Shown: positions 35,791-48,235 of the stretch, piece by piece
How positions within the stretch are numbered: position 1 is the first letter of the stretch
Layout of the letters: every line of letters starts with the position of its first letter
Source: Squalus acanthias
Lineage: Eukaryota
Reading direction: 5' to 3'
Length of the DNA: 64,000 bases
Assembly (NCBI GenBank): GCA_030390025.1
Contig: CM059432.1
Coordinates: 31,250,001-31,314,000 of the forward strand
The notes under the pieces: model-generated
Seen by the model: only the letters and a program-made list of their open reading frames with translations
Databases searched by the model: none
Told to the model about the DNA's origin: nothing
Position numbers and translations under genes: made by a program

Positions 35791-36302
35791 CTTGTCAATG
35801 ATTCTTTCTAAAAAAGGCTTTACTTTTCATGTGTAATATCCTTGTAGTTCTACTGAGACTGCAAAGTAAGCAAATATTTCTGGCATGTCTCATTTGCATC
35901 TTATGTCATTAAATATTTGTTTCGTTTTTTTTGCGTGTTTTTTTGTAAATTATGTACATTGCAAGCAAATCAAGACTTGCAGAGAAAGCTATAAATTATT
36001 TCTCATTTCAAGTTTGTTACTGGCTTGCCTAGTGAAATTGTTTTTATAACATCGTTGAATAATATTCAAGCTTTGCCATGTTGTTTTATGTTTAATCAAA
36101 GAAGGTTCACTTGTGCCAGCAGTTGTACACAATATATGGCTTGCAATGATTTAAAGACTGTATTGCAATGGTTGTTGCTAAATCATGAAATAATTGAACA
36201 GTTTACTGAGTTCAAACTGGTGTCTGCAGAGCCTGGAATCCCCAAACTCCATCAGATATTTGTCTCTCTGGAGCTGAAGAGACGACAACACAGTATAGAA
36301 TC

Positions 36303-37895
36303 TGTAAGGGTTTTCTCTGAACCTGTGAGATTCGTGTGGCTCTGTGCAGCCTGGATGCTAGTGTGGATTTAGGCCTTGTTGCCTGTTCTGGTCTCCAGCC
36401 AGTCTGGGAGCACTAGACACCTGTGAGTGGTTCGACCCACTCGCCCTTACGGTTCTGACACTGGACTTAGATGCGAGAGCAGTAATGGAGAGAAACCTCA
36501 GGTAGACCCGGTTGAATGGTACGAAATGGAAAATCTTTATTGCATATTATTCAAGATTACGAAATACATGTCATAAGCACAGATTAATGACATTACAATC
36601 TTACACGCAGTTATGTAACTAATTTCAGGGAAACGAGGAACGAACGACACATCGTAAATGGGGGCACACATTACAGTTATCCTTAAAACTTAAACCCTCC
36701 CCTATCAATACTTGCTCTAAACTAGACTTGTAGGATCGAGACTCATGCTCACCACTCGTGATAACTCGGAGAATTCCGAAAACTCTGATCGGATGTTTTT
36801 CCACCGCAGCACCTGATCGCCCACGTGTTGGTCAGGGGTCTCTGTACCCCACTTGTTTACTCGTTTCTGCTCCGGCTAGCAGGCTGGAACGTCTGCTGTC
36901 ATGAAGATCTGTGTTGACCTTGGATTCCCGATCAAAACCTACAAAGTTCACTTATTTCGGGCGCGGTCGGGGTTTACTGACCGTGACGAGATGTATTGTC
37001 GTCTTCTCTTCTCATCTCATCTCCTCTCATCTCATCTCATCTCATCTCGGGCCTTCGGTTCCAACACCATTTACCGACTTCTCGGGATGGTGCGCCCGTT
37101 TCAAGGCTTCACAGCCCAGTTCCACACAGATCTTCGCGGCAAGCCACGAGGCAGATCCTGGCGGATCGTAAAGTTCAACAGTCTTTCAAAAGAGACACGA
37201 GGCAAGCAGGAACAAGACGGCGAGTCAAGAGCAGCCATGAGGATAAACGCCAGCAGGATAAGAGAAAGATGGACGGTTGGAGCTTGCAGTTATAGTGCAA
37301 AACTCTTCCTTTTCCCGCCCAACCTTAATGTCTTTTCTTTTGTTAGGGTTTGGCGCTCAAATTTCTTGTATAGGGTGATTTCCGTTTTAATGGGTTTCGG
37401 GGATACTCATAACTGTCTGAGTACCTGTTAATACTTTCCCATTGTTTAATCGGTCGGTGTTCTCCCTGGAGGGGTTTTGGGGCTCCCAAATGTTTTCTGT
37501 AACTACCCGCTAACGGCTCTCTCATCGTAGAGTCGTTGGGATTTTGCATATTAATGTCTTTGGATGGGTTCTTGATTACTTGGTACAATAGCCCTTATTC
37601 GCACCTGGGAGACCGATTTCAGTATTTATGTGTATACTGCAAACCCATGATGTCTCGTGTATTATCTTAAATGTGCTTAGTCTTGATCGATCTTGCACAA
37701 ATGTTTATTGGAACGCCATCTTGTCTGCCTGTCGAAAAGTCTAGAATGTTCTGCCACGAGGCGTGGCGGCCATTTTACAAGCTGCTTGTGTCCACTTTGA
37801 AAACCTGACAGCATTCTGCTGAAATAAAGCTGTTTGAACGAAACTATGTGTTTTTCTCCTTATTTATAAAATCATGATATATTGCGAATTCTACA
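36303..37895 (-). mobile_element. Long solo LTR (1593 bp)
   Basis: TGTA...TACA ends. 4-bp TSD AATC at 36299-36302 and 37896-37899, inside a CR1-like tail (ATAGAATC|ACAGAATCATACAGCACAG). Minus-strand AATAAA near 36536-36541. CpG-rich, with (TCTCA)n at about 37005-37047. Confidence 0.8.
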
Positions 37896-38375
37896 AATCA
37901 CAGAATCATACAGCACAGAACGAGAATTATCTATTCTTTATTTGTTGACTTACTGGATGTTCTTTCTGTTGCTGAGTACTGATTTCCTTTGGTGAGCTGG
38001 CCTGTCTTTAGCTGGTCTTTACTTTGCCGGGTCTCACCCAACCACCGGCAGCCCCAAAGTAAACATGCCGGAATCGGTAAGGCTGGCCAGTGGGAAGGTC
38101 TGGGAAAAAGTAGGTTGGGAGTTGGCAGCACAAGTGTGGCACTTTGCTTCCAGGTTTGCCAGTCTTTGCTGAGGATTGCCAGAAGTGTGCCAATATTTAC
38201 AGGTGATTCCCAGGATCGTAGCAATATTTGCAAGGGGTCCCTGGAGTGTGTCAATTTTTGTAAGTTGTCCCCAGGAATTCTTGCAACAGGTCCCTCAGAA
38301 TGTAGCAATATCTGCAGAGGTCCCCAGGAATATGTCAGTATGCAGGGGGTCCGTAGGAGTATCTCAATATTTTCA

Positions 38376-38721
38376 GGTGTCCCTGGAGTGTGCCAATATT
38401 TGAAGGGTGTCCCTGGAGTGTGCCAATATTTGAAGGGTGTCCCTGGAGTGTGCCAATATTTGAAGGGTGTCCCTGGAGTGTGCCAATATTTGAAGGGTGT
38501 CCCTGGAGTGTGCCAATATTTGAAGGGTGTCCCTGGAGTGTGCCAATATTTGAAGGGTGTCCCTGGAGTGTGCCAATATTTGAAGGGTGTCCCTGGAGTG
38601 TGCCAATATTTGAAGGGTGTCCCTGGAGTGTGCCAATATTTGAAGGGTGTCCCTGGAGTGTGCCAATATTTGAAGGGTGTCCCTGGAGTGTGCCAATATT
38701 TGAAGGGTGTCCCTGGAGTGT
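38376..38721. repeat. 30-bp minisatellite, about 11.5 identical units within a degenerate array (about 38180-38980)
   Basis: Unit GGTGTCCCTGGAGTGTGCCAATATTTGAAG. Confidence 0.97.
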
Positions 38722-39059
38722 AACAATATTTGGAGGAGGTTCCCTGGAGTGTATCGGTGTTTGCAGGGGGTCCCTAGAGTGTAACACTATTTGCAGAGGG
38801 TCGTTGGAGTGTATCAATATTTGCAGACATCCCTGGAAGTGTGTTAGTATATTCAAGGGTCCCCAGGAGCATATGAATGCTTACAAGGTATCTCCAGGAG
38901 TGTCTAAATGTTTGCAAATGGTCCCAGATGTTTGCAGGGGGTTGTTGGAAGTACATAGATAGTTGCAGAGGGACCCTGCACAGAAAATCATTGACTTCAA
39001 AGGAGAAAGCAGAAATGATATACACTGAAGGAAAATATCTGAGGCTGCTGCTTCTTTAT

Positions 39060-39445
39060 AAGAACATAAGAACTAGGAGCATGTGTAGGCCATACGGCCC
39101 CTCGAGCCTGCTCCGCCATTCAATAAGATCATGGCTGATCATCGACCTCAACTGCACTTTCTCACCCTATCCCCATATCCCTTGATTCCCTTAGTGCCCA
39201 AAAAAACTATCGATCTCAGTCTTGAAGATACTCATTGACTGAGCATCCACAGACCTCTGGGGTAGAGAATTCCAAAGATTCACAACCCTCTAAGTGAAGA
39301 AATTTCTCCTCATCTTAGTCCTAAATGGCTGACTCCTTACCCTGAGATGATGACCCCAAGATCTAGACTCTCCAGCCAGAGGAAACAGTCTCTCAGCATT
39401 TACCCTGTCAAGCCCTCTAAGAATTTTATACGTTTCAATGAGATA
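39060..39445 (-). mobile_element. CR1 3' fragment
   Basis: LIETYKILRGLDRVNAERLFP...RRNFFT, plus the tail. Confidence 0.85.
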
Positions 39446-39660
39446 TGCTTCATGGCTCCAAGTCCATAAATTTAAAGATTCTTCAATTGAGGTGTTATTG
39501 TCTGTAATCCAGGAAAGGAGGGCCCCAGTTATTTTTGGTCCTGAGGGAAGGAGGCCCATGGAAAGAGATGGCCTTAGCAATTCCTGCACAGCTACTTTAT
39601 GCTGGAAGAAGTTCACTAACCTCTCCAGGGCAGCCAAGGTAACAGGAGGCAGTCATGTCT
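39446..39660 (+). pseudogene. Degenerate Harbinger Myb/SANT exon 1 remnant
   Basis: HKFKDSSIEVLLSVIQERR..IFGPEGRRP...CWKKFTNLSRAAK followed by GTAAC. It aligns with exon 1 at 25784-25548. Confidence 0.6.
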
Positions 39661-39899
39661 TGCAACAATGCACTGTAATAAGCATGTTTCCCAGTTGCAG
39701 CCACCTAATCTTCACTGTGAGGAACACCATATGTGACTTGACACCTATGCACAGGAGGTACCACTATATTCTTCACACCCTCTTTCATCTCCTGTTTTTT
39801 AACTCACAGCTGAATATGTACAGCAATAGTAGAAGACTAATGCCATCATCTATTCTCATTAAGGAATGCCTTCTCAAACCTGGCTTGCAATCCAAATGA

Positions 39900-40445
39900 T
39901 GGCCTCAACTGGAGTATTGTGTCCAATTCTGGGCACCACACTTTAGGAAGGATGTGAAGGCCTTAGAGAGGGTGCAGAAAAGATTTACAAGAATGGTTCC
40001 AGGGATGAGGGACTTCAGTTACGTGGATAGACTAGAGAAGCTGGGGTTGTTCTCCTTAGAGCAGAGAAGGTTGAGAGGAGATTTAATAGAGGTATTCAAA
40101 CTCATGAGGGGTCTAGACAGAGTGCATAGAAACTTTTCCCATTGGCAGAAGGGTCAAGAACCAGAGGACACAGATTTAAGGTGATTGGCAGAAGAACCAA
40201 AGGCGACATGAGAAAATGCTTTTTTATACAGCGAGTGATTAGGATCTGGAATGTACTGCCTGAAAGGGTGGTGGAGGCAGATTCAATCGTGGCTTTCAAA
40301 AGAGATTTGAATAAGTACATGAAGAAAAAAAAATTGCAGGGCTACAGGGAAAGGGTGAGGGAGTGGAACTAGCTGAAGTGCTCTTGCAGAGAGCCAGCAC
40401 GGGCTCGACGGGCCAAATGGTCTCCTCTGTTCTTTAACCATTCTA
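39900..40445 (+). mobile_element. CR1 3' fragment
   Basis: KALERVQKRFTRMVPG...RRLRGDLIEVFK. Confidence 0.9.
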
Positions 40446-41214
40446 TACACAAGGTCCCGGTAGATCCACAAAGTAAAGTTGTGCCTTGCTGAGGGTGTGT
40501 TGGAAAAGAGTGAAAGATAAATGGATGTATTCTACGCGAGCTGAGGATAATCATCCCCACCCTTCCAGTGTTAAGTTACTGAATGCACTATCCTCAGCTC
40601 AGTAGACAGTGAGTGTGTTTTGTTTAGGTGAGAGAACTGGGTGGATTTTATTCACAGAGTAAAAGCCTGAAGTGGAAAACACACCAGCAGAATTCTTTCC
40701 TGTGGTTGTTTTGGATGAGTTATTGAATCTGACATTGTGAAGGAGCTAAATTAAAGCTTGCAGTTGAAATAACATGATCGATGAAGAAGTCGGGTTAATG
40801 AATTTCTTTACTTGTGATTATTAAGCTTTTTCCCTGCATTTCCCTCACTATCTCTCCCTAGCTCCTTCCCATCAATGATACCATCAGAACCCCATTGTTA
40901 AGTATTGTTTAAATCAACGGGAACAGACAGAACACAAGGAATGCCGATTTCTAAATCTCCTTCTAACACTACCTCTTGCTAGGGTAGAGTTACGTTGGTG
41001 TCTTCTACCCTCTGGGACCCAACTGAATTGATCGCTCTTCATGTCTGAGACCAGGGAGTGGCTGGTGTTAGGCTACTCAATGACTGGGAGTATCACAGCA
41101 AAGCTTCGCACTACCAAAAAAAAATGCATTAACTAGCTATTCATTTAATTGCTGTTTGTGGGATCTTGCTGTAAATTGGCTGCCATTGCACCTACATAGA
41201 AACAATCACTTCAA

Positions 41215-41655
41215 AGAAGGAACTTGCATTTATATAGCCCCTTTCAAAACCTCAAGATGTCCCTAACCGCTTTACAGCCAATGAATAACTCTTGAAGTGT
41301 AGTCACTGTTGTAATATAGGAAGCGTGGCAGCCAATTTGTGCACAGCAAGGTCCCACAAACAGCAATGAGATAAACGATCGGATTATTTGTTTTTACGGA
41401 AGGTGGTTGTAGGATAAATATTGACCACCGGGGAGAACTCCCCTGCTCTTTTTCAAATGGTGCCATGGAATTTACATCCACCTGAGAGGGCAGATGGTTT
41501 AACGTCTCATTCAAAAGTCGGCACCTCTGGCAGTGCAGCATTCCCTCAGTACTGCACTAAAGTCCAGATTATACGCTCAAATCCTGGAGTGAGGTTTGAA
41601 CCCAAAACCTTCTGACTGAGAGGTTGGAGTGCTGCCACTGAGTCAAGGTTGACAG
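41215..41655 (-). mobile_element. tRNA-derived Deu-domain SINE (near full length)
   Basis: The reverse complement has a tRNA-like head (TGACTCAGTGG...GGTTCAAACC), the Deu-like core and an L2-like tail. Confidence 0.65.
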
Positions 41656-43561
41656 CTGGCTTTTATTCATCAGTGCATCAGCTTGACTTAATTGATAGCA
41701 CTCTCGTCAATGGGTCAAAATCGCCCACGTCAGGGTTTAATATAGGCTGACAGTCCAGTGCAGTCCTCAGAGGGAGCTGCCCTGCCAAAAGTTGTGTCCT
41801 TCGGACGTTGAAATGAGTTGACCTCTGTTCTAGTGGTGCAGGTTGATTAAAGATCCCAGGGGTGCTATTCTCGGTGTAATGGCTAACATTCTTCCCTCAA
41901 CCAACACCACCAAAAATAGATTAACTGCTCATTCATCTCATCACCATCTGTGGGATGTTACAGCCTGTCTGAGTGTTTGTCTACACAACAACAATGCCTG
42001 CTCTTCAAAATAATTCATGTATTTGGTAAAGCTCTTTGTACACTTCAGCTTGATAAATGCAAGTATATGGTTCCATACTTTCTTATGTTACAACTCTCTC
42101 TCTTAGAGATGCAACAGTACATTCAGAAGAAAGCCATGCATTTATAAAGTGTTTCTGCGCCAGTGGTTTTGTGGTAGTCTCGTACTGAGCTGCTGCTTAC
42201 CAATCGACCTTATTTGAAAAGAATAATGATGGTATCCATACCGGCAACAACTGTGAAGATAATTGGAACATGATTGGTAAATGAATCATGCAGAAATCCA
42301 GCCAGCCGAACAAAGGCATTTGCATAGGATGTGGAAAAGCACTCCACAAACCCATTACATAGCGATCACAATCTGCATGTAGAATGCCAGGACAGGCCCA
42401 TTATTAACAAACAATAAAAAAGAACTGGCTTGCTCTTGGGTAAAGATAGCGGGCAGTAGCTGTCTCCTGAATAGATTGTATAAATTGTGAAGAACTGATG
42501 TTATTGTACGCATTTGGGCCTTGCCTGAGTGCTCTAGTGTCACATTCCCACCTCTGCTCTATAATGATGTTCTTGTAGGAGTTGAACACATCTGTCTCCT
42601 CAGAAACAATAAAAAGCTGATTGTTCTTGAAAAGCATGCAAATGTTAGCACTGTTTTGGGGATGTTTGTATTATAATTGCCATGAATTCGCATTAATGAG
42701 GCCTGTTGGGGCCTATCACCATATTTTCTGACTTTAACTCATTCTATCTCCAGCTGAGCAGAGAAAGTTAAGGGGAGATTTAATAGAGATGTTCAAAATT
42801 ATGAGGGGTTTTAATACAGTAAATGAGGATAAACTGTTTCTACTGATGGGTGGGTAGGTAACCAAAAGAAACAGACTTAAGATAATTGGTAACAGAACCA
42901 GAGGGCAGATGAGGAGAATTTTTTTCACACAGCGAGTTGTTGTGATCTTGGAATGCGCTGCCTGAAAGGGCGGTGGAAGCAGACTCAATAATAACTTTCA
43001 AAAAGGAATTTGATATATACTTGAAAAGGAAAAATTTACAGAGACTGCAGCGGACTATAAACAGTGGGATCTGTTTTTAAATAGAAATAAATGAAGTGCA
43101 TTCATGACCTCCGGACCTCCCAAGTGCCTCACAGCCAACGAAGGGCTTTTGAAGCGTAGTCATAGTTGTAATGTAGGCAAATTACATCTCACGTTGCTTT
43201 TATATTGCAGGACGTGTCATGGGCAAGTGACCTAAGTGTGTTGCTGTCCTGTGCTTGCGTTCCAATAGCACAGCCCGTCTCCTGGTTGCATAGGGAATGC
43301 CATGTTAACTGGCTGTGACAGTCTGGCTAGTTATGCACTCCCAAAGTATTGGTGTCATCATGATGTCAACAACAAGTGGCGCCGCTGCAGGGGAAGACTG
43401 TATCCGCGATGATGTCATGGTGTTGCTTCACTACAAGGATTGCTCTGCTGCTGCTGCTGGAACAGTTGTTACTGACCCCCAGGAAATCCAGCGGCATTCA
43501 AAAAGAACCATTAACAAATGGGTTTACTAGTTACTACCTGGTACCCGAGACCCGCGTGTTA

Positions 43562-43978
43562 GGAACATAGGAACAGGAGTAGGCCATTCAACTCCTCAGG
43601 CCTGCTCCCCCATTCTATTAGATCATGGCCGATCTGCACCTCAAATCCATTTACCCACCTTTGCTCCATATCCCTAGATCGATTTCAGTCTTGAAAGCTC
43701 CAATTGACCCTCAGCATCCCCTGCCTCTTGGGGGAGAGATTTCCAAATTTCTACTACCCTTTGTGTGAAAAAGTGCTTCCTGATTTCCCTCCTATATGGC
43801 CTAGCTCAAATTTTAAGATTATGTCCTCTTGTTCTTGAATCCCCCACCCAGAGGAAATAGTTTCTCTGTATCTACCCTATCAATTCCTTTTAACATTTTA
43901 AACACATCGATCCGATCACCTGCCAGTCTCCTACACTCAAGGGAATACAAGCCAAGTATATGCAACCTGTCCTCATAA
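43562..43978 (-). mobile_element. CR1 3' fragment (older subfamily)
   Basis: Tail GGAACATAGGAACAGGAGTAGGCCATTCA and RT C-terminal similarity. Confidence 0.8.
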
Positions 43979-44029
43979 GGTATTGTTGCCACCCACCGGT
44001 GTTAACGGTGGGTGGCAACAAGGGCAATA

Positions 44030-46600
44030 TAGAGTTATAGAGTCATAGAGTTATACAGCACAGAAAGAGGCCCTTCAGGCCCATCGTGTCCGCGCCGGCC
44101 ATCAAGCCCTGTCTATTCTAATCCCATTTTCCAGCACTTGGTCTGTAGCCTTGTATGCTATAGCGTTTCAAGTGCTCATCTAAATGTTTCTTGAATGTTG
44201 TGAGGGTTCCTGCCTCGACCATCCTTTCAGGCAGTGAGTTCCAGATTCCAACCACCCTCTGGGTGAAAAAGTTTTTCCTCAAATCCCCTCTGAACCTCCT
44301 GCCCCTTATCTTGAAACTATGCCCCCTGGTTATTGACCCCTCTACTAAGGGGAAAAGTTCCTTTCTATCTACCCTATCTATGCCCCTCATAATTTTGTAC
44401 ACCTCAATCAGGTCCCCCCTCAGCCTTCTCTGCTCTAAGGAAAACAACCCCAGCCTGTCCAGTCTCTCTTCATAGCTGAAGCGCTCCAGCCCAGGTAACA
44501 TCCTGGTGAATCTCCTCTGCACCCTCTCCAATGCAATCACATCCTTCCTATAGTGTGGTGAACAGAACTGCACACAGTATTCCAGCTGTGGCCTAACTAG
44601 CGTTTTGTACAGTTCCATCATAACCTCCCTGCTCTTATATTCTATGCCTCAGCTAATGAAGGCAAGTATCCATATGTCTTTTTAACCACCATATCTACTT
44701 GTCCTGCTGCCTTCAGGGATATATATACATGCACACCAAGGTCCCCTGATCCTCTGTCCTTCCTAGGGTTCTACCATTCATTGTGTATTCCCTTGCCTTG
44801 TTAGTCCTCCCAAAATGCGTCACCTCACACTTTTCAGAGTTAAATTCCATTTGCCACTGTTCTGCCCATCTGACCAACCCGTCTATATCGTCCTGTAGCC
44901 TAAGGCTTCCCTCCTCGCTATTTACCACTCCACCAATTTTCGTGTCATCTGTGAACTTACTGATCATACCTCCTACATTCATATCTAAATCATTAATGTA
45001 CACTACAAACAGCAAAGGACCCAGCTCCGAACCCTGCGGTACACCACTGGACACAGGCTTCCAGTCACAAAAACAACCTTCGACCATCACCCTCTGCCTC
45101 CTGCCACTAAGCCAATTTTGGATCCAATGTGCCAAATTGCCCTGGACCCCATGGGCTCTTACCTTCTTGACCAGCCTCCCGTGCGGGACTTTGTCAAAAG
45201 CCTTACTGAAGTCCATGTAAACTACATCAACTGCACTACCCTCATCCACACTCCGTATCCCATCCCCCTGCCAAGTTAGTTTAAACCCCCCAACAGTACT
45301 AGCAAACCTCCCCGCAAGGATGTTGTTCCCGTTCCGGTTCAGGTGCAACCCGTCCGACTTGTACAGGTCCCACCTTCCCCAGAGCAGACCCAGTGATCCA
45401 GGAAACTAAAGCCCTCCCTCCTGCACCAACTCTTTAGCCACGCATTCATCTGCTCTATCCTCCTATTCCTATACTCACTAGCACGTGGCACTGGGAGTAA
45501 TCCAGAGATTACAACCTTTGAGGTCCTGCTTTTTAATCTGCTACCTAGCTCCCTAAATTCTTGTTGCAGGACCTCATCCCTCTTTCTACCCATGTCGTTG
45601 GTACCAATGTGAACCACGACCTCTGACTGTTCGCCCTCCCCCTTCAGAATGCCCTGCAGCCGTTCAGTGACATCCTTGACCCTGGCACCAGGGAGGCAAC
45701 ATACCATCCTGGAGTCACGTCTGCGGTCACAGAAACATCTATCTGTTCCCCTTACGATAGAATCCCCTATCACTATTGCTCTCCCACTCTTTTTCCTCCC
45801 CTCCTGTGCAGCTGAGCCACTCGTAGGTCCACGGACTTGGCTCTTGCTGCATTCCCCTGAGAAACCATCTCCCCCAGCAGTATCCAAAACGGAAAATCTG
45901 TCGGAGAGGGAGATGGACCCAGGGGACTCCTGCACTACCTTCCTAGTTCTTTTACTCTGTCTGGCGGTCACCCATTTCCTGTCTGCCTGTGCACTCTTTA
46001 CCTGCGGTGTGACCACCTCGTTAAACATGCTATCCACGAAGATCTCAGCTTCGCGGATGCTCCACAGTGACTCCAGCCGCAGCTCCAGCTCCAAAATGCG
46101 GATTTTGAATAGCTGCAGCTGGAGACACTTCCTGCACATGAGTTTGCCCTGACACCAAAAGTGTCCCTGACTTCCCACATAGCACAGGAGGAGCACTCCA
46201 TGGTGCCGAGCTGCCCTGCCATGTCCTACCCTTAATTTACTCCCTTTACTTCCTTTAAATTACAGAATATCAAATACACTAGGGACCTTACTTCCCTTTA
46301 AACACTACTTACTATAAACTAGAGACCTTACTTTCACTTTAACGACTGGACTGTAGAAATACTCACCAGGTCCTACTTCCCAATCAGCTCCTTCCCTGGT
46401 TGTGACATCACTTTAGCAGTTTCGCAGTTGTTATTGTATGACTGCTCCCGCTCTCAGACTCTTTTCTGGGTGTAAAGTAAGAGCCAATTCCTACAGGGTG
46501 AAAAGTTAGGAAAAACAAAGGCGAAGCAAGGGAGCTCCTCCTTCCACTCCTCACCTGACTCCCTGACTCACCCAACTCGCAGTACTCTGTTTAAACCGCA
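44030..46600 (-). mobile_element. CR1 LINE with 5' UTR and ORF1 joined directly to mid-RT (endonuclease deleted)
   Basis: ORF1 esterase at 45339-46222. Junction near 45250 (...TWQGDGIRS|VDEGSAVDVVYMDFSKAFDKV). RT C-terminus at 44118-44621. Confidence 0.88.
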
Positions 46601-46638
46601 CTCAGCATGGGAATGTAGGTCTATCAATATAACATTAC

Positions 46639-47190
46639 AATGACCCCGAGCTTCCGGACGCCTGTCACTTTAATTCCCTGCTTCATTCCCACTCTGACCT
46701 CTCCGTCCTCGGCCTCTTACACTGTTCCAATGAAGCTCAACGTAAGCTCGAGGAAAAACACCTCATCTTTCGATTAGGCATTTTACAGCCTTCTGGACTC
46801 AACATCGAGTTCAACAATTTCAGACTATAACCTCGGCCCCTATGTTTTCTTTTCTCTCTCACATGGCAGCTGCTGATGATTCTGCCATTGTCATTTACAC
46901 CTCAGTTAGAGTCATCTTTTGTTTTTTAACTTGTCCCATTACCATCTCCTTTTGCCTTGCACCATCATCCCTTTTGTCTTTCAAACTCTCCTGCCTTCCA
47001 TCCTATCACACATCTTTCCTTTGTTCTTTCCTCCCTTCCCCCTTTCTCTGCCCCACATTTGCTTAAATACTGTTACTTCTTCAACTTTTTTCAGTTCTGA
47101 CGAAGGGTCATCGACCTGAAACGTTAACTCTGTTTCTCTCTCCATGATGCTGTCTGACCTGATGAGTGTTTCCAGCATTTTCTGTTGTTG
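46639..47190 (+). mobile_element. Penelope-like element 3' part: GIY-YIG endonuclease C-terminus, UTR and hammerhead
   Basis: My translation of 46639-46830 is NDPELPDACHFNSLLHSHSDLSVLGLLHCSNEAQRKLEEKHLIFRLGILQPSGLNIEFNNFRL*, matching the HFN...H...R...E...GLN pattern of PLE endonucleases. Confidence 0.85.
47093..47129 (+). ncRNA. Minimal hammerhead ribozyme motif
   Basis: AGTT-CTGACGA-A-GGGTC-ATC-GACCT-GAAA-CG-TT-AACT. Confidence 0.78.
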
Positions 47191-47864
47191 TTTAACATTA
47201 CAACTGCCTGTTTCACAAGCATAAATAGTGACACACAGTTGCACTGATCATAATGGTCTCCGTACTGCAAAGCACAGTCCAGCACAGCAGTGGAACACAG
47301 ACCAGCACCCAACACTGATAGCATGCAGAGTTCATTCTCCCCAGCCTCACCTTGTCTGCCCTGTCTATCTCTGTCAGGGAAAGGTCCACACAGTGCAGGA
47401 ATGTGAAAAGTGCGTTGCAACCACGTACAGACTGGCTGAGAGATCAGCCTGTCTACAGCCAGAACAAAATGGTGATCCTGGCATCTGGTGACAATGGCAG
47501 GATCCATTGGCATTTTCCATCAGCACTTTGCCTCTGGACAAGGAATGAAATCTGCTGATTAGGTGGTATTCTCTTCCACAGAGGCAGTAATACAATATAA
47601 ACATTACCACACGGACTCAAGCGGTTCAAGAAGGCGGCTCACCACCACCTTCTCAAGGGCAACTAGGGATGGGCAATAAATGCTGGCCTTGCCAGTGACG
47701 CCCAGATCCTATAAGCAAATAATTAAAAAAATGAATGCGGCTCAATTTTTACGTGCCACTTACAGAAAACATGTTTGTTAGACATTCTTTCCTCTTCATG
47801 AATCAAGGGAAAGCTCCCAGCTGGGACTACTCAACAGTCTCAACCAGTTTTCAAAGCAAGCCAT

Positions 47865-48235
47865 TCCCTTCTCTCCAGCCCCTGGCCTTCATTTCCTCTC
47901 TCTATCTAGCCCTTGGTCTCCAGTTCCATTCTCTTCAGCGCACAATCTCCAGCCCCCTTCTCTCCTGCCAATGTTCTCCAGTCCTCTCTCTCCAGCCTCT
48001 GTTTTCAAGTTCCCTTCTCTCCAGCCCTTCGTCTCCAGCTCGCTTCTCTCCAGCCCTTCGTCTCCAGCTCGCTTCTCTCTAGCCCTTGGACTCCAGCTCT
48101 CTTCTATCCAGCAACTGCTCTCCAGATCCCCTCTGTCCTTCCCCCAGTCTCCAGGTCCTCATCCGTCAGCCCCTGGTCTCCAGTTCCCCTTTCTCCAGCT
48201 CACTTTTCGCCAATTTCTAGACTCCCACTCCCCTC
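47865..48235. repeat. Degenerate CT-rich tandem repeat (TCTCCAG motif)
   Basis: Recurrent CTCTCCAGC, including a near-perfect duplication of TTCTCTCCAGCCCTTCGTCTCCAGCTCGC at about 48015-48072. Confidence 0.75.

Noticed and set aside
36901..37431. 176-aa ORF inside the long LTR
   Set aside because: It crosses a (TCTCA)n microsatellite and has no gag, pol or env motifs.
38335..38962. Repeat-protein ORFs or a CRISPR-like array
   Set aside because: Units are head-to-tail with no unique spacers. The ORFs arise because the 30-bp unit lacks stops in several frames.
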